From positions 35,116 to 99,115 of the forward strand of contig CAWGFP010000007.1 in assembly GCA_963821905.1 (NCBI GenBank): a DNA stretch of 64,000 nucleotides, in the 5' to 3' direction. The stretch's first letter is position 1. Every line of letters starts with the position of its first letter. Made by a program: the position numbers and the translations under genes. The stretch comes from Thermoanaerobaculia bacterium. Its GTDB lineage: Bacteria; Acidobacteriota; Thermoanaerobaculia; Multivoradales; JAGPDF01. The notes below the pieces were generated by a model. That model saw only the letters and a list, made by a program, of their open reading frames with translations. It searched no databases and was not told where the DNA came from. Positions 11,318-24,956 of this stretch are shown here, piece by piece.

Positions 11318-12661
11318 ATGAGCGTCGTGGTTTCGGTAGCCGATGTCGGTCCCTGCCGTAAAGAGCTGAAGATAGAGGTCCCGGCCCCCGCGGTCGAGGC
11401 CGAGTTCCAACGCGTCTCCCAGGAGTTCGGCAAGAAGGCGCGCGTCCCCGGTTTTCGCCAGGGCAAGGTGCCACCCGCCATGGTGCGCAAGCAGTTCGCG
11501 CAGGAGATCGAGCAGGAGGTGCTCGAGCGGCTGGTGCCGCGCTACTGGCAGCAGGCGCAGGCCGAGAGCCAGCTCGATCCGCTGGGCTCGCCGCAGGTCA
11601 AGGACGTCCACCTCCACGCCGGCGCGGCGCTGCACTTCACCGCGATCGTCGAGATGCGGCCTGCCATCGAGCTGCGCAACACTGCGGACTTCAACCTGCC
11701 GGAGCTCGATGTGCGAGCCGAGCGACGAGGAGATCGACCGCACGCTCGACGATCTGCGCGCCAGCGTCGCCGAGTGGGAAGTCGTCGATCGCGCCGCGGC
11801 GCGGGGCGACGGCATCAGGGCGAGATTCGCGAGATGCCACTGGTCCTCCAGCCCGGGCAGAGCGAGGGCGCGCCGCAGCAGGTGGCCTTCGAGATCGGCG
11901 ACCCCAAGGTCTGGGAAGAGCTGACCCTGGCGGCGACCGGGCTGGCCGCCGGGCAGATCGGCGAACTTCGAGCGCCGACCCCGCCGAGGGCGCCGAAGGC
12001 GAGGCAGCGGGGAGCAAGCGCTTCAAGCTGACGATCGGCGAAGTGCGCGAGCAGAAGCTGCCGGCGCTCGACGACGCCTTCGCCGAGAAGCTGGGCAAGT
12101 TCGAGAGCGTCGCCGCGCTGCGCGCCGACGTCGAGCAGCGCATCGCGCTCGGCCAAGCGACAGGAGCGCCGCCGCCGCCGCGAGCAGGCGGTCCTCGACC
12201 AGCTGCGCGAGCGCCATCCGGTGCGAGCTGCCGCAGGGCGTGGTCGAGCACGAGCAGGAGCACCTGCTGCGCGAGTACGCCGAGGAGCTCGCCGGCCGCG
12301 GCGTCGACGTCGAGAACGCCGGGATCGAATGGCCCAAGCTGGCGGAGGAGATGAAGCCGCCGGCCGAGCGCCGGGTGCACGCCCGGCTGCTGCTCGACGC
12401 GGTCGCCGACCGGGATGCGGTCACCGTCGACGAGGACGAGTTCGAGCGCACCCTGCTGGCCATCGGCCGCGCCGAGGGAAAGTCGGCGGGCGAAGTGCGC
12501 CAGACCCTCGACGAGAACGGCCGCCTGCAGCGCTGCGCAGCCAGATCCGGCGCGAGAAGACGCTGTCCAAGCTGCCCGGGGATGATCGACGACGCGAGGC
12601 ACCACCGAGGTGCGATCCCGCCCAGACTCGCTTCGCCGGCACGGACGTCCGCTGCATCTGA
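11318..12661 (+). CDS. tig: trigger factor, several frame changes; 3' end approximate
   Basis: ATG at 11318 with AAGGA upstream. It reads MSVVVSVADVGPCRKELKIEVPAPAVEAEFQRV..PGFRQGKVPPAMVRKQF. Continuation pieces lie in other frames (EPSDEEIDRTLDDLR, EQKLPALDDAFAEKLGKF, VEHEQEHLLREY). Confidence 0.85.
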
Positions 12662-12700
12662 CGCGCGAAGGATCGAGGCAGGGGATTCAGGAGACCGTTC

Positions 12701-13386
12701 ATGCTGATTCCGATGGTGGTCGAGCAGTCGAACCGCGGCGAGCGCGCCTACGACATCTACTCGCGCCTGCTCAAGGACAACATCATCTTCCTCGGCCGGC
12801 CGATCGACGACGACGTGGCGAGCCTGATCATCGCCCAGATGCTGTTCCTCGAAGCCGAGAATCCGGAGAAGGACATCGCGCTCTACATCAACTCGCCCGG
12901 CGGCTCGACCTCCGCCGGGCTGGCGATCTACGACACCATGCAGTACATCAAGCCGGACGTCGCCACCCTACTGCGTCGGGCAGGCGGCCTCGATGGCGGC
13001 GGTGCTGCTTGCCGCCGGGACCAAGGGGAAGCGGGCGTGCTGCCCAACAGCCGGGTGCTGATCCACCAGCCCTGGCTGTCCGGGCCTCGGCGGCCAGCAG
13101 ACCGACATCGAGATCCACGCCAAGGACATGATGCATGATGCGCGACCGGATCGACGAGATCCTGGCCTACCACACCGGGAAGTCCAAGGAGCAGATCCAC
13201 CGCGACACCGAGCGCGACAAGATCCTCAGCGCCCCGGAGGCGGTGGAGTACGGTCTGGTGGACAGGGTCGATGCGTCGGCGCCGGACGGGCTGGTGCCAG
13301 GACGAGCTTCGCCGCACCTTGACGGGCTCGGCAGGCCGGCATCTCGTGGCGGCTGGAATGCCGATCCCTTACGCGGTGTGTCTTGA
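12701..13386 (+). CDS. clpP: ATP-dependent Clp protease proteolytic subunit, at least 4 frame changes; 3' end uncertain
   Basis: [32 protein letters not shown]...[26 protein letters not shown]. Later pieces in other frames are [13 protein letters not shown] and [44 protein letters not shown]. Confidence 0.85.
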
Positions 13387-13427
13387 ACGCCGACTCGGGA
13401 TCCTCGCACCGCCCAACGGAGGAGACG

Positions 13428-14675
<1,248 letters not shown>

Positions 14676-14695
14676 AGGCGGGCTCAGAAGCCGAG

Positions 14696-17132
<2,437 letters not shown>

Positions 17133-17328
17133 TTGCAGTCAGAAGTCTGGTGTTGGCTTTTTTGGCGTTCCGGCGTAAGATTTCCGTGCCTCGCAGCCAG
17201 TAGCTCAGAACTGCTCGAAATCGGGGTCGCGAACCTGGCGGCCCTGGCTGTTTCGGAAAACCCTGAAAAAGGACGTTAACGCAGCAACCGGGCCGTCCGC
17301 CCGGAAACTCTTTGAGAACACACGGCGT

Positions 17329-17928
17329 ATGAAGATCGAGTCGGCGGAGTTCATTCGTTCGGCGGTCGCGGAGCGTGACTTTCCGCGTGACGGCCTGCCC
17401 GAGGTGGCCTTCGTCGGGCGCTCCAACGTGGGCAAGTCGACGCTGCTGAACCGGCTGGCCGGGCAGCGCGGCCTGGCGCGGGTCAGCCGCACACCGGGGC
17501 GAACGCAGGCGGTGAACTTGTTCCTGGTCAACCGCCGGTGGTATTTCGTCGACCTGCCGGGTTACGGCTATGCCCGCGCCGCGAAGGCGTCCCGCGAGGA
17601 GTGGGCGGCGTTGATGGAAGCGTATTTGCGCAGTCCGGCGGGCAGGCGGTACGCCGTGCAGCTGGTCGACGCGGTGGTCGGTGCGACCCCGCTGGACGCC
17701 CAGGCGCGGCGCTATCTTGCGGCGCACGACGTACCGACCACGCTGGTGGCGACGAAGATCGACAAGCTGTCGCGCGGCCGTCGCAAGGCAGCGCTCGATG
17801 CGATACGGGATGGTTTGCATTTGAACGAGGGAAGTTCACTCATCGCTTTCTCCGCCAAGTCGGGCGAAGGGGTGTCGGAGCTCTGGAAAGAGATCGGCGC
17901 TCACGTCAACCGCGCGGCGAGCAACTGA
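17329..17928 (+). CDS. engB: ribosome biogenesis GTP-binding protein YihA/YsxC
   Basis: Intact 199-aa ORF with [19 protein letters not shown] (G1), the RTPGRTQ region, VDLPGYGYA (G3) and TKIDK (G4). Confidence 0.9.
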   Translation: MKIESAEFIRSAVAERDFPRDGLPEVAFVGRSNVGKSTLLNRLAGQRGLARVSRTPGRTQAVNLFLVNRRWYFVDLPGYGYARAAKASREEWAALMEAYLRSPAGRRYAVQLVDAVVGATPLDAQARRYLAAHDVPTTLVATKIDKLSRGRRKAALDAIRDGLHLNEGSSLIAFSAKSGEGVSELWKEIGAHVNRAASN

Positions 17929-17935
17929 AGGACTG

Positions 17936-19300
<1,365 letters not shown>

Positions 19301-19317
19301 CCGGCGCGAAGCGCCGG
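19301..19317 (+). terminator. small GC hairpin immediately after the rho stop
   Basis: CCGGCGC GAA GCGCCGG, a 7-bp stem with a 3-nt loop, starting 1 nt after the TGA. There is no U-tract. Confidence 0.3.
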
Positions 19318-19413
19318 TCATCCTGAGCGCGCAGCGCGAAGGATCTGGGCGGTGGAAAGGCGAGTTGCGCAACAGCCTTCCCCCACCCAGATCCTTCGCT
19401 TCGCTCAGGATGA
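19318..19413. repeat. REP-like imperfect palindromic element
   Basis: Left arm TCATCCTGAGCGCGCAGCGCGAAGGATCTGGGCGGTGG (19318-19355) and right arm CCACCCAGATCCTTCGCTTCGCTCAGGATGA (19383-19413) are reverse complements apart from a short indel. The right arm translates as the familiar spurious peptide RSFASLRMT. Confidence 0.6.
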
Positions 19414-19431
19414 CATCCTGTAATCCCTGTC

Positions 19432-20253
19432 ATGTCCAAGCTGCGCGTCGGCATCGTCAACTACCTGAACAGCAAGCCGCTGGCCTGGGGTTTCCTCAAG
19501 GGACATCACCGCGAGCGGTTCGAGATCTCGTTCCATCCGCCGGCGCAGGTGGCCGACCTGCTGCGCGACGGCGAGCTCGACATCGGCCTGGTGCCGTCGA
19601 TCGAGCTGCAGCGCATTCCCGACCTGAAGGTACTGCCGGACCTCTGCATCGCCGCCACCCACGAGGTGCGCAGCGTGCTGCTCGTCTCTCGAGTGCCGGT
19701 GGGCGATATTCGCCGGGTGGCGCTCGACGAGAACAGCCGGACGTCCGCCGCTCTGGTGCGCCTGGTGCTCGAGGACGGCCATGGCTTGCGGCCGGAGTAC
19801 GTCGAGCACCGGGCCGATCTCGACAGCATGCTGGCTGAGGCGGACGCGGCGCTGCTGATCGGCGATCCGGCGCTGCGCGTCGAGCGCGAGGGCTATCAGG
19901 TGCTCGATCTCGCCGCTGAGTGGCGCCGGCTGACCGGCCTGCCGTTCGTCTTCGCGGTCTGGGCGGCGCGGCCCTCGGCCGACGTGGAGCAGTTGCCGTT
20001 CTACTTCAAGAGCAGCCTGCGCTACGGGCTGTCCTCGCTCGACACGCTGGTCCGCGAGTGCGCCCAGGAGATGGAGTTGGAGGTCGAGTCGGTGCGCGAG
20101 TACTTGACGCAGAACCTCACCTACCTGATGCGCCAGGAAGAGCTGGCCGGCCTGCGCGAGTTCTACGACCGCGCCGCCGCCAAGGGCCTGATCGAGACGG
20201 TGCGGCCGCTCGAGTTCTGGCGGCCCGCGCCCCTTGACGCGACCGCCGGCTGA
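19432..20253 (+). CDS. mqnA: chorismate dehydratase MqnA (futalosine pathway of menaquinone synthesis)
   Basis: Intact 273-aa ORF: MSKLRVGIVNYLNSKPLAWGF...DIGLVPSIE...ALLIGDPAL...LPFVFAVWAAR, a periplasmic-binding-fold MqnA signature as I recognise it. Confidence 0.8.
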   Translation: MSKLRVGIVNYLNSKPLAWGFLKGHHRERFEISFHPPAQVADLLRDGELDIGLVPSIELQRIPDLKVLPDLCIAATHEVRSVLLVSRVPVGDIRRVALDENSRTSAALVRLVLEDGHGLRPEYVEHRADLDSMLAEADAALLIGDPALRVEREGYQVLDLAAEWRRLTGLPFVFAVWAARPSADVEQLPFYFKSSLRYGLSSLDTLVRECAQEMELEVESVREYLTQNLTYLMRQEELAGLREFYDRAAAKGLIETVRPLEFWRPAPLDATAG

Positions 20254-20257
20254 ACGC

Positions 20258-21142
20258 TCAGGCGGGCGGTGCGATCACCGCCAGGGCTCCAGGCCGAACC
20301 GTCACCGGCACGAACTCCCCGCCGACTTCGACCAGTGGCTCGCCGTCGCCGTGGGCGAGCAGCTTCCGGTCTAGCGCCACTTCGAAGCGCGAGCCGCGAA
20401 TGATCTCGATCTCGGGCTCGCGCACGTGAGCGCCCGAGAACACCCGGGGAAAGATACGCAGCAGCTTGAGACGCGACGCGCCGCGCACCACCACCGCGTC
20501 GAGCATGCCGTCGTCGAGCCGAGCCTCCGGCGCGATGCGCATGCCGCCGCCGTAGCGGGGCGCGTTGGCGAAAGCGACGAACATCGCCGGCCCCGCAAGC
20601 TCGCCGCCGGCGTGCCGCAAGCGCAGTTGGAGCGGACGGAAGCGCGGCAGGACGCGCAGCACCGCCCAGACGTAGATCAGCGAGCCGCGCAGCCGGCGCA
20701 GCGAGTTGGCGTAGCGGTTGACCTCGCTGTCGAAGCCGACTCCCGCCACGCAGGCGAAAGGAACGTCGCCGAAGCGGCCCAGATCGATGCGCCTGCGCTC
20801 GCCGGAAAGCGCGGTCTCGACGGCGGCTGGCAACGCCGCCGGCACGCCGAGCGCGAAGGCGAGGTCGTTGCCACTGCCGAGCGGCAGGATGGCGAGGGCC
20901 GTATCGCTGCCCGCCAGGCCGCGCATGGCGTGATGCACGGTGCCGTCGCCGCCCGCTACGATCAACCGGTCGACGCCCTCCTCGGCCGCCCGGCGCGCTC
21001 GCTGCTGGAGGTCTGCGACGTCGCTCGAGACCTCGACGGTGGCGCCCGTCCTGGCCGCCAGCCGCTCGATCTCCCGCAGCCGGCGGCCGGCACGGCCGCG
21101 GCCGCCGCCGGGATTGACCAGGAAACGAACCCGCGTCGTCAT
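20258..21142 (-). CDS. diacylglycerol/lipid kinase family protein (YegS/BmrU-like)
   Basis: ATG at 21140-21142 gives MTTRVRFLVNPGGGRGRA. It has VAGGDGTVHHAM (GGDGT) and LPLGSGNDLAFALG. The upstream 148 aa of track ORF 20258..21589 look non-coding (Arg/Pro-rich). Confidence 0.85.
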   Translation of the reverse strand: MTTRVRFLVNPGGGRGRAGRRLREIERLAARTGATVEVSSDVADLQQRARRAAEEGVDRLIVAGGDGTVHHAMRGLAGSDTALAILPLGSGNDLAFALGVPAALPAAVETALSGERRRIDLGRFGDVPFACVAGVGFDSEVNRYANSLRRLRGSLIYVWAVLRVLPRFRPLQLRLRHAGGELAGPAMFVAFANAPRYGGGMRIAPEARLDDGMLDAVVVRGASRLKLLRIFPRVFSGAHVREPEIEIIRGSRFEVALDRKLLAHGDGEPLVEVGGEFVPVTVRPGALAVIAPPA

Positions 21143-21165
21143 GGCGCCGCGGCCGTGGTGTTGGA

Positions 21166-21648
21166 TTACCGCCGCGCCAGCCGCTTGAGGAGTTGAATCT
21201 GCCCGGCGTGGTAGAGATCGTGAGCCGCGATGCCGGAGATGGTCTCCGCCGCGGTCCAGGAACCCCGCGTACCGGACGCTTGGTGGAGGCGCGAGGAGGG
21301 GAAGTGGGCGACGACCTCGCGCAGATGCTTGTGCATGTCGTCGAGCAGGACGAGGTCCTGGCGCCACGCTCGTTCGGTGGCCTCTGCCTGGGGACGCTCG
21401 AAGAAGTTCGACCCCTTGAGCGGGAAGTGGCCGCGCTTCTCGTGCGCGAGCTGGCGGGCCACGGCGTACTTCCAGTAGGCGGCGTGGACGGCGAGCTCCC
21501 AGATGTTGTGCCGCTTGGGCGCCGGGCGGAAGGTGAGGACGTCGAGCGTCAACCCGCGCAGCGACCCCTTCAGGTTCGTGCCGTGCCACGACTTGTGGTC
21601 GTAGGCCTGATCGATGAACGCCAGCAAAGCACGAGTCTCGTTGGGCAT
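21166..21648 (-). CDS. DinB-superfamily protein
   Basis: Reads MPNETRALLAFIDQAYDHKSWHGTNL...HAAYWKY...IAAHDLYHAGQIQLL, a four-helix-bundle His pattern typical of DinB-like proteins. The start was chosen to avoid overlap with the divergent gene; 21675 is an alternative. Confidence 0.65.
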   Translation of the reverse strand: MPNETRALLAFIDQAYDHKSWHGTNLKGSLRGLTLDVLTFRPAPKRHNIWELAVHAAYWKYAVARQLAHEKRGHFPLKGSNFFERPQAEATERAWRQDLVLLDDMHKHLREVVAHFPSSRLHQASGTRGSWTAAETISGIAAHDLYHAGQIQLLKRLARR

Positions 21649-21673
21649 GGGTGTGACTCTATACAATCTCGCC

Positions 21674-22003
21674 ATGCCGAAGCCCGAGATCTCGATCCTG
21701 GTGTGCACCAATGAGCGCCCTCCGGAGGCCGCCAAGCCGAGCTGTCTGCCGCGCGGTTCGCTCGCGGTCTACCATCGCTTCAAAGACCGGGTGAAGGAGC
21801 TCGGACTGCGCGATCAGGTCATGGTGGTGCGCACCGGCTGCCTCAAGCATTGCAGCCGTGGCATCACAGTCGCGGTGTGGCCCTACAACCTCTGGTACGG
21901 CGGTGTGACTCTCGACGATGTCGAGGAAATCGTGCAGACCAGCGTCGTAGGCGGTGGCGGAGAAGTGACCCGGCTGCGAATGCCGGACATCCCCTGGGAG
22001 TGA
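21674..22003 (+). CDS. thioredoxin-like [2Fe-2S] ferredoxin
   Basis: MPKPEISILVCTNERPPEAAKPSCLPRGS...VVRTGCLKHCSRGITVAVWPYNLWYGGVTLDDVEEIV. It has four Cys in the spacing typical of thioredoxin-like 2Fe-2S ferredoxins. Confidence 0.7.
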   Translation: MPKPEISILVCTNERPPEAAKPSCLPRGSLAVYHRFKDRVKELGLRDQVMVVRTGCLKHCSRGITVAVWPYNLWYGGVTLDDVEEIVQTSVVGGGGEVTRLRMPDIPWE

Positions 22004-22004
22004 A

Positions 22005-23966
22005 CTAGTCCGGATCGGTTGTTGGCGCGGTGCCGGTCAGCCGCTCGGGATGTCGGGCGACGCCGAGGGCGAAGTGACGCAGCTCCTTGGCCTCCGTCGA
22101 GCGCCCCGAGGCCTCGTAAGCTTCGGCGAGCTCGATGTAGATCGCCGTCTCGCCAGGCTCGACCGCCAGAGCGCGCTCCAGCGCCGCGACTTCGCCGGCG
22201 CGATCGCCCGCCCGCCGCCGCGCCGCCGCCAGGTAGTACCAGGCCGGGACCAGATTGGAGCGCAGCGCAGCGGCGCGCTCGAGCTCAGCCGCCGCCGCCT
22301 TCGTTTCGCCCCGTGCCAGCAAGAGGCGCCCCAGGTTGACGTGACTCTCGGCCGGCGTCGCCGTGCGCTGTACCAGGCCGCGCAGGATCTGCACGGCCTC
22401 CGGACCACGCTGCTGCCGCGCCCTCACCACCGCCAGCCAATCGAGCGCCAGCGGGTCGTCCGGCTGCAGTGCCAGCAACCGGCCGATGGCGCTCTCGGCA
22501 GCGGCGAGGTCGCGGGTCTGGAGCCAGGCCGGCACGAGCTCGAGATAGGGGTCACGTGCTTTGAGATCGAGCTCGGCGGTCAGCCGTTGCAGAGCGGTGA
22601 GTGCCGATCCGGAGGCGGCTCCGCCCGCGCTCACCGTGGCGAGCGCTCGGTAGAAGCTGGCTTCGGCGCCGGTGGGCGCCGGCTCGAGGCCCCAGAACCT
22701 GACGTCCACGATGTCAGGCTCGCTTTCGGCGAGCGGCGCCACGGCGCCCTCCAGGTCGCGATGGATCCCGATCCGGTGATCGGTCATCACCACGTGCACG
22801 ACGTCTTGCGGCCGGCGGGGCGGCATGTGGCAGGCGGTGCAATCGCTCTGCAGGATGTCGCGCGCCGGCTCGACGGCCCGATGAGCAGCGGCCGTGGCGT
22901 CCGCGTCGTGACACCCGAGACAAGCGGCGCGGTAGTGCGCTGCACGCTCGGCGGCGGGTACCTTGCGATGCGGATCGTGGCAGGTCAGGCACGACAGCCG
23001 CTCTCCGCTCACTTGCGCGCAGCGGCTCGAGCGCAGCCGGTAGGGATGATGGTTGATCTCGAAACGATCCGCGGGTGCCGACGCGCCCGAGACGATGTCG
23101 GTCGGCACCAGATAGTCGCCGAGCGCTTGACCGGGGCGGAAAGAGTAGTCGGCGCGCCCCATCCGGCGGGTGCCAGGAATTGCCACCGACGGCTGCAGGT
23201 GGCACTGAAAGCAGACGTCGTCGCGTCGCGCCGCCGGCAGCCGTGCCGGGTTGACGATCGCAGCGCGTATCTCCGCCGCGTCGCTACCGCCGAGAGCCCT
23301 CGCCGCGTGGTCGCCGCCGGGACCGTGGCAGCGCTGACAGCCGGTTCCTTCCGGCAGCTCCGCCGGAAAAACCTGCGGCGCGCCGCGCTCGTCACTACGC
23401 GTCGCGACCTCCGGGTAGGCGTTGTGGCAGAACATGCACTCGCGGCGAATCCTCCGCGCCACTTCGTCATGGTCCGGACGGTCGTAGCCCGGCGCCATGG
23501 CGAACCGTCCTTCCTGCGTGTACCAGGCGACCGGGAGTTGGAAGAGCTCGCCGCTCGCCGTACGGTAGAGATAGGTGCGCGAGTGGTTACCCGAGCCCAG
23601 GATCCAGTCGACAGGCTGCTCGAGCGTGTTGCGCTCGCGGCCGTGTTCGTCGGTCTGAAAGCGCCGGAACATGAGCTGCTCGCCGCGCCAGGTCATCTCG
23701 TAGGTGCGCTTCGACGCGGCGTGAGTGAAGCGGGAGCTCGTGAAGCTCTCGAGCGAGCTCTCCCGCCGCGGCCGCGAGAAGGACCGGGCCATGCCGACCT
23801 CGCGATAGGAGCGCGCGATCGACTCGTGACACGTTGCGCAGACCGCGTCGGCGACGTAGCCTGGCGCGGCGCCGGCCGTCGTGCGCAGCGGCGAACTTTG
23901 GGCAACCGCCTCACCGCAGGCAGCGAACACTACGCCGAGCGCAATCGCCGGCCAGCGAGGGAGCAC
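22005..23966 (-). CDS. multihaem c-type cytochrome (7 CXXCH) fused to a C-terminal TPR domain
   Basis: Intact 653-aa ORF with a signal peptide. The haem sites are CATCH, CMFCH, CQRCH, CFQCH, CLTCH, CLGCH, CTACH. The C-terminal ~230 aa has TPR-like Ala/Leu repeats (AWYYLAAARRRAGDRAGEVAALERALAVEP). Confidence 0.85.
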   Translation of the reverse strand: MLPRWPAIALGVVFAACGEAVAQSSPLRTTAGAAPGYVADAVCATCHESIARSYREVGMARSFSRPRRESSLESFTSSRFTHAASKRTYEMTWRGEQLMFRRFQTDEHGRERNTLEQPVDWILGSGNHSRTYLYRTASGELFQLPVAWYTQEGRFAMAPGYDRPDHDEVARRIRRECMFCHNAYPEVATRSDERGAPQVFPAELPEGTGCQRCHGPGGDHAARALGGSDAAEIRAAIVNPARLPAARRDDVCFQCHLQPSVAIPGTRRMGRADYSFRPGQALGDYLVPTDIVSGASAPADRFEINHHPYRLRSSRCAQVSGERLSCLTCHDPHRKVPAAERAAHYRAACLGCHDADATAAAHRAVEPARDILQSDCTACHMPPRRPQDVVHVVMTDHRIGIHRDLEGAVAPLAESEPDIVDVRFWGLEPAPTGAEASFYRALATVSAGGAASGSALTALQRLTAELDLKARDPYLELVPAWLQTRDLAAAESAIGRLLALQPDDPLALDWLAVVRARQQRGPEAVQILRGLVQRTATPAESHVNLGRLLLARGETKAAAAELERAAALRSNLVPAWYYLAAARRRAGDRAGEVAALERALAVEPGETAIYIELAEAYEASGRSTEAKELRHFALGVARHPERLTGTAPTTDPD

Positions 23967-23991
23967 GGCGAGAGTCTAGCGCCGCGACGGG

Positions 23992-24915
23992 TCAGTAGGG
24001 ATACTGCCGGCCGTCGCGGGCGCGGACGCGCGACAGCGACTCGCCGGAAAGCGTCTGCAGATACCAGACCCAGCCCTCGTCCGGCAGATGGATCAGGTAG
24101 CCGTCGAAGAACGGCTTGCGCGGGAAGTCGGATTTGGCGCTCAGCGTGGCGAAGGTGGTGCTGAGAGCGGGAATCTCGGGGAACGGCGGTAGAGGATCGT
24201 CGTCCGGCTTGCCGTCGAGCACTCTTGCGGTGACCGCGCCTTTCTCGACCTGGAGCCAGAACTCGCAGGCCACCTTGGCGTCGCGGTTGAGGTCCGCCTG
24301 GCGGTGAAACTCCTCGATGCGCGACGGCGACCAGAACCGGTAGCGCACCTCCGACTCCGGGTCGCCGGCCAGATCGACGGTCCCGTCGGGACGCACGCGC
24401 TCGGCATCGATGCGTTCGAGTCGCACGTCGCGCTGCCAGCCCTGGGCGATGGCGAGAGCCCACGGGAGGCTGGAGGCCGGATCGAAGGCGGCCAGCGCGG
24501 TGGTCGGGGGGGAAACGGTCATCGGCACGTCGATGCGATCCGGAGTGAGGCGCGACAGCGAGGCTACCGTCCAGACCTCCGCCGCCTTGCGTTCGATGGC
24601 GAGCGGCGGCGTCGAGCGGATCGCGTGGGTCGCTTGGCGCGCGGTGCGGAAGGAAACGAAAACGATCAAACCGGTGACCAGGAGCGCCAGTCCAAAACAG
24701 ACCGCGACGGCGCCGATCACCCAGCGGCCGGCCTTGGACACCGCCGCGCCGATCTGGGGCGCGTGCGCGGAAAGATCGACGGTATGGACCGTCCGCGCCT
24801 TGCCGGTGGCGTCGGTCACGTACTCGGCGGCGCAGTACTCGCAGACCAACGGGCCGGTTGACGACGCCCGTTTCGGAAACGGCGCGCCGCAGCTCGGACA
24901 CTGGAGACGTCTCAT
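23992..24915 (-). CDS. hypothetical membrane protein with an N-terminal zinc-ribbon
   Basis: ATG at 24913-24915 gives MRRLQCPSCGAPF...LVCEYCAAEY (CXXC...CXXC), one TM segment (WVIGAVAVCFGLALLVTGLIVFV), then a ~210-aa extracytoplasmic domain. The longer track ORF 23992..25917 is alternate-frame read-through of the upstream gene. Confidence 0.6.
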   Translation of the reverse strand: MRRLQCPSCGAPFPKRASSTGPLVCEYCAAEYVTDATGKARTVHTVDLSAHAPQIGAAVSKAGRWVIGAVAVCFGLALLVTGLIVFVSFRTARQATHAIRSTPPLAIERKAAEVWTVASLSRLTPDRIDVPMTVSPPTTALAAFDPASSLPWALAIAQGWQRDVRLERIDAERVRPDGTVDLAGDPESEVRYRFWSPSRIEEFHRQADLNRDAKVACEFWLQVEKGAVTARVLDGKPDDDPLPPFPEIPALSTTFATLSAKSDFPRKPFFDGYLIHLPDEGWVWYLQTLSGESLSRVRARDGRQYPY

Positions 24916-24956
24916 ACTCTCGCTGACGACAAAACCGCCGCGAAGGGGACGCGCGC

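Noticed and set aside
17133-17328. A 196-nt, less GC-rich intergenic region between lon and engB, examined for a small RNA (SRP RNA, 6S) or riboswitch. It also contains a weak hairpin plus GCTTTTTTGG just after the lon stop.
   Set aside because: I found no conserved SRP or 6S-like motifs and no convincing extended structure. It is most simply the lon terminator region plus the engB promoter, and the hairpin (CCACTAG/CTGGTG) is imperfect.
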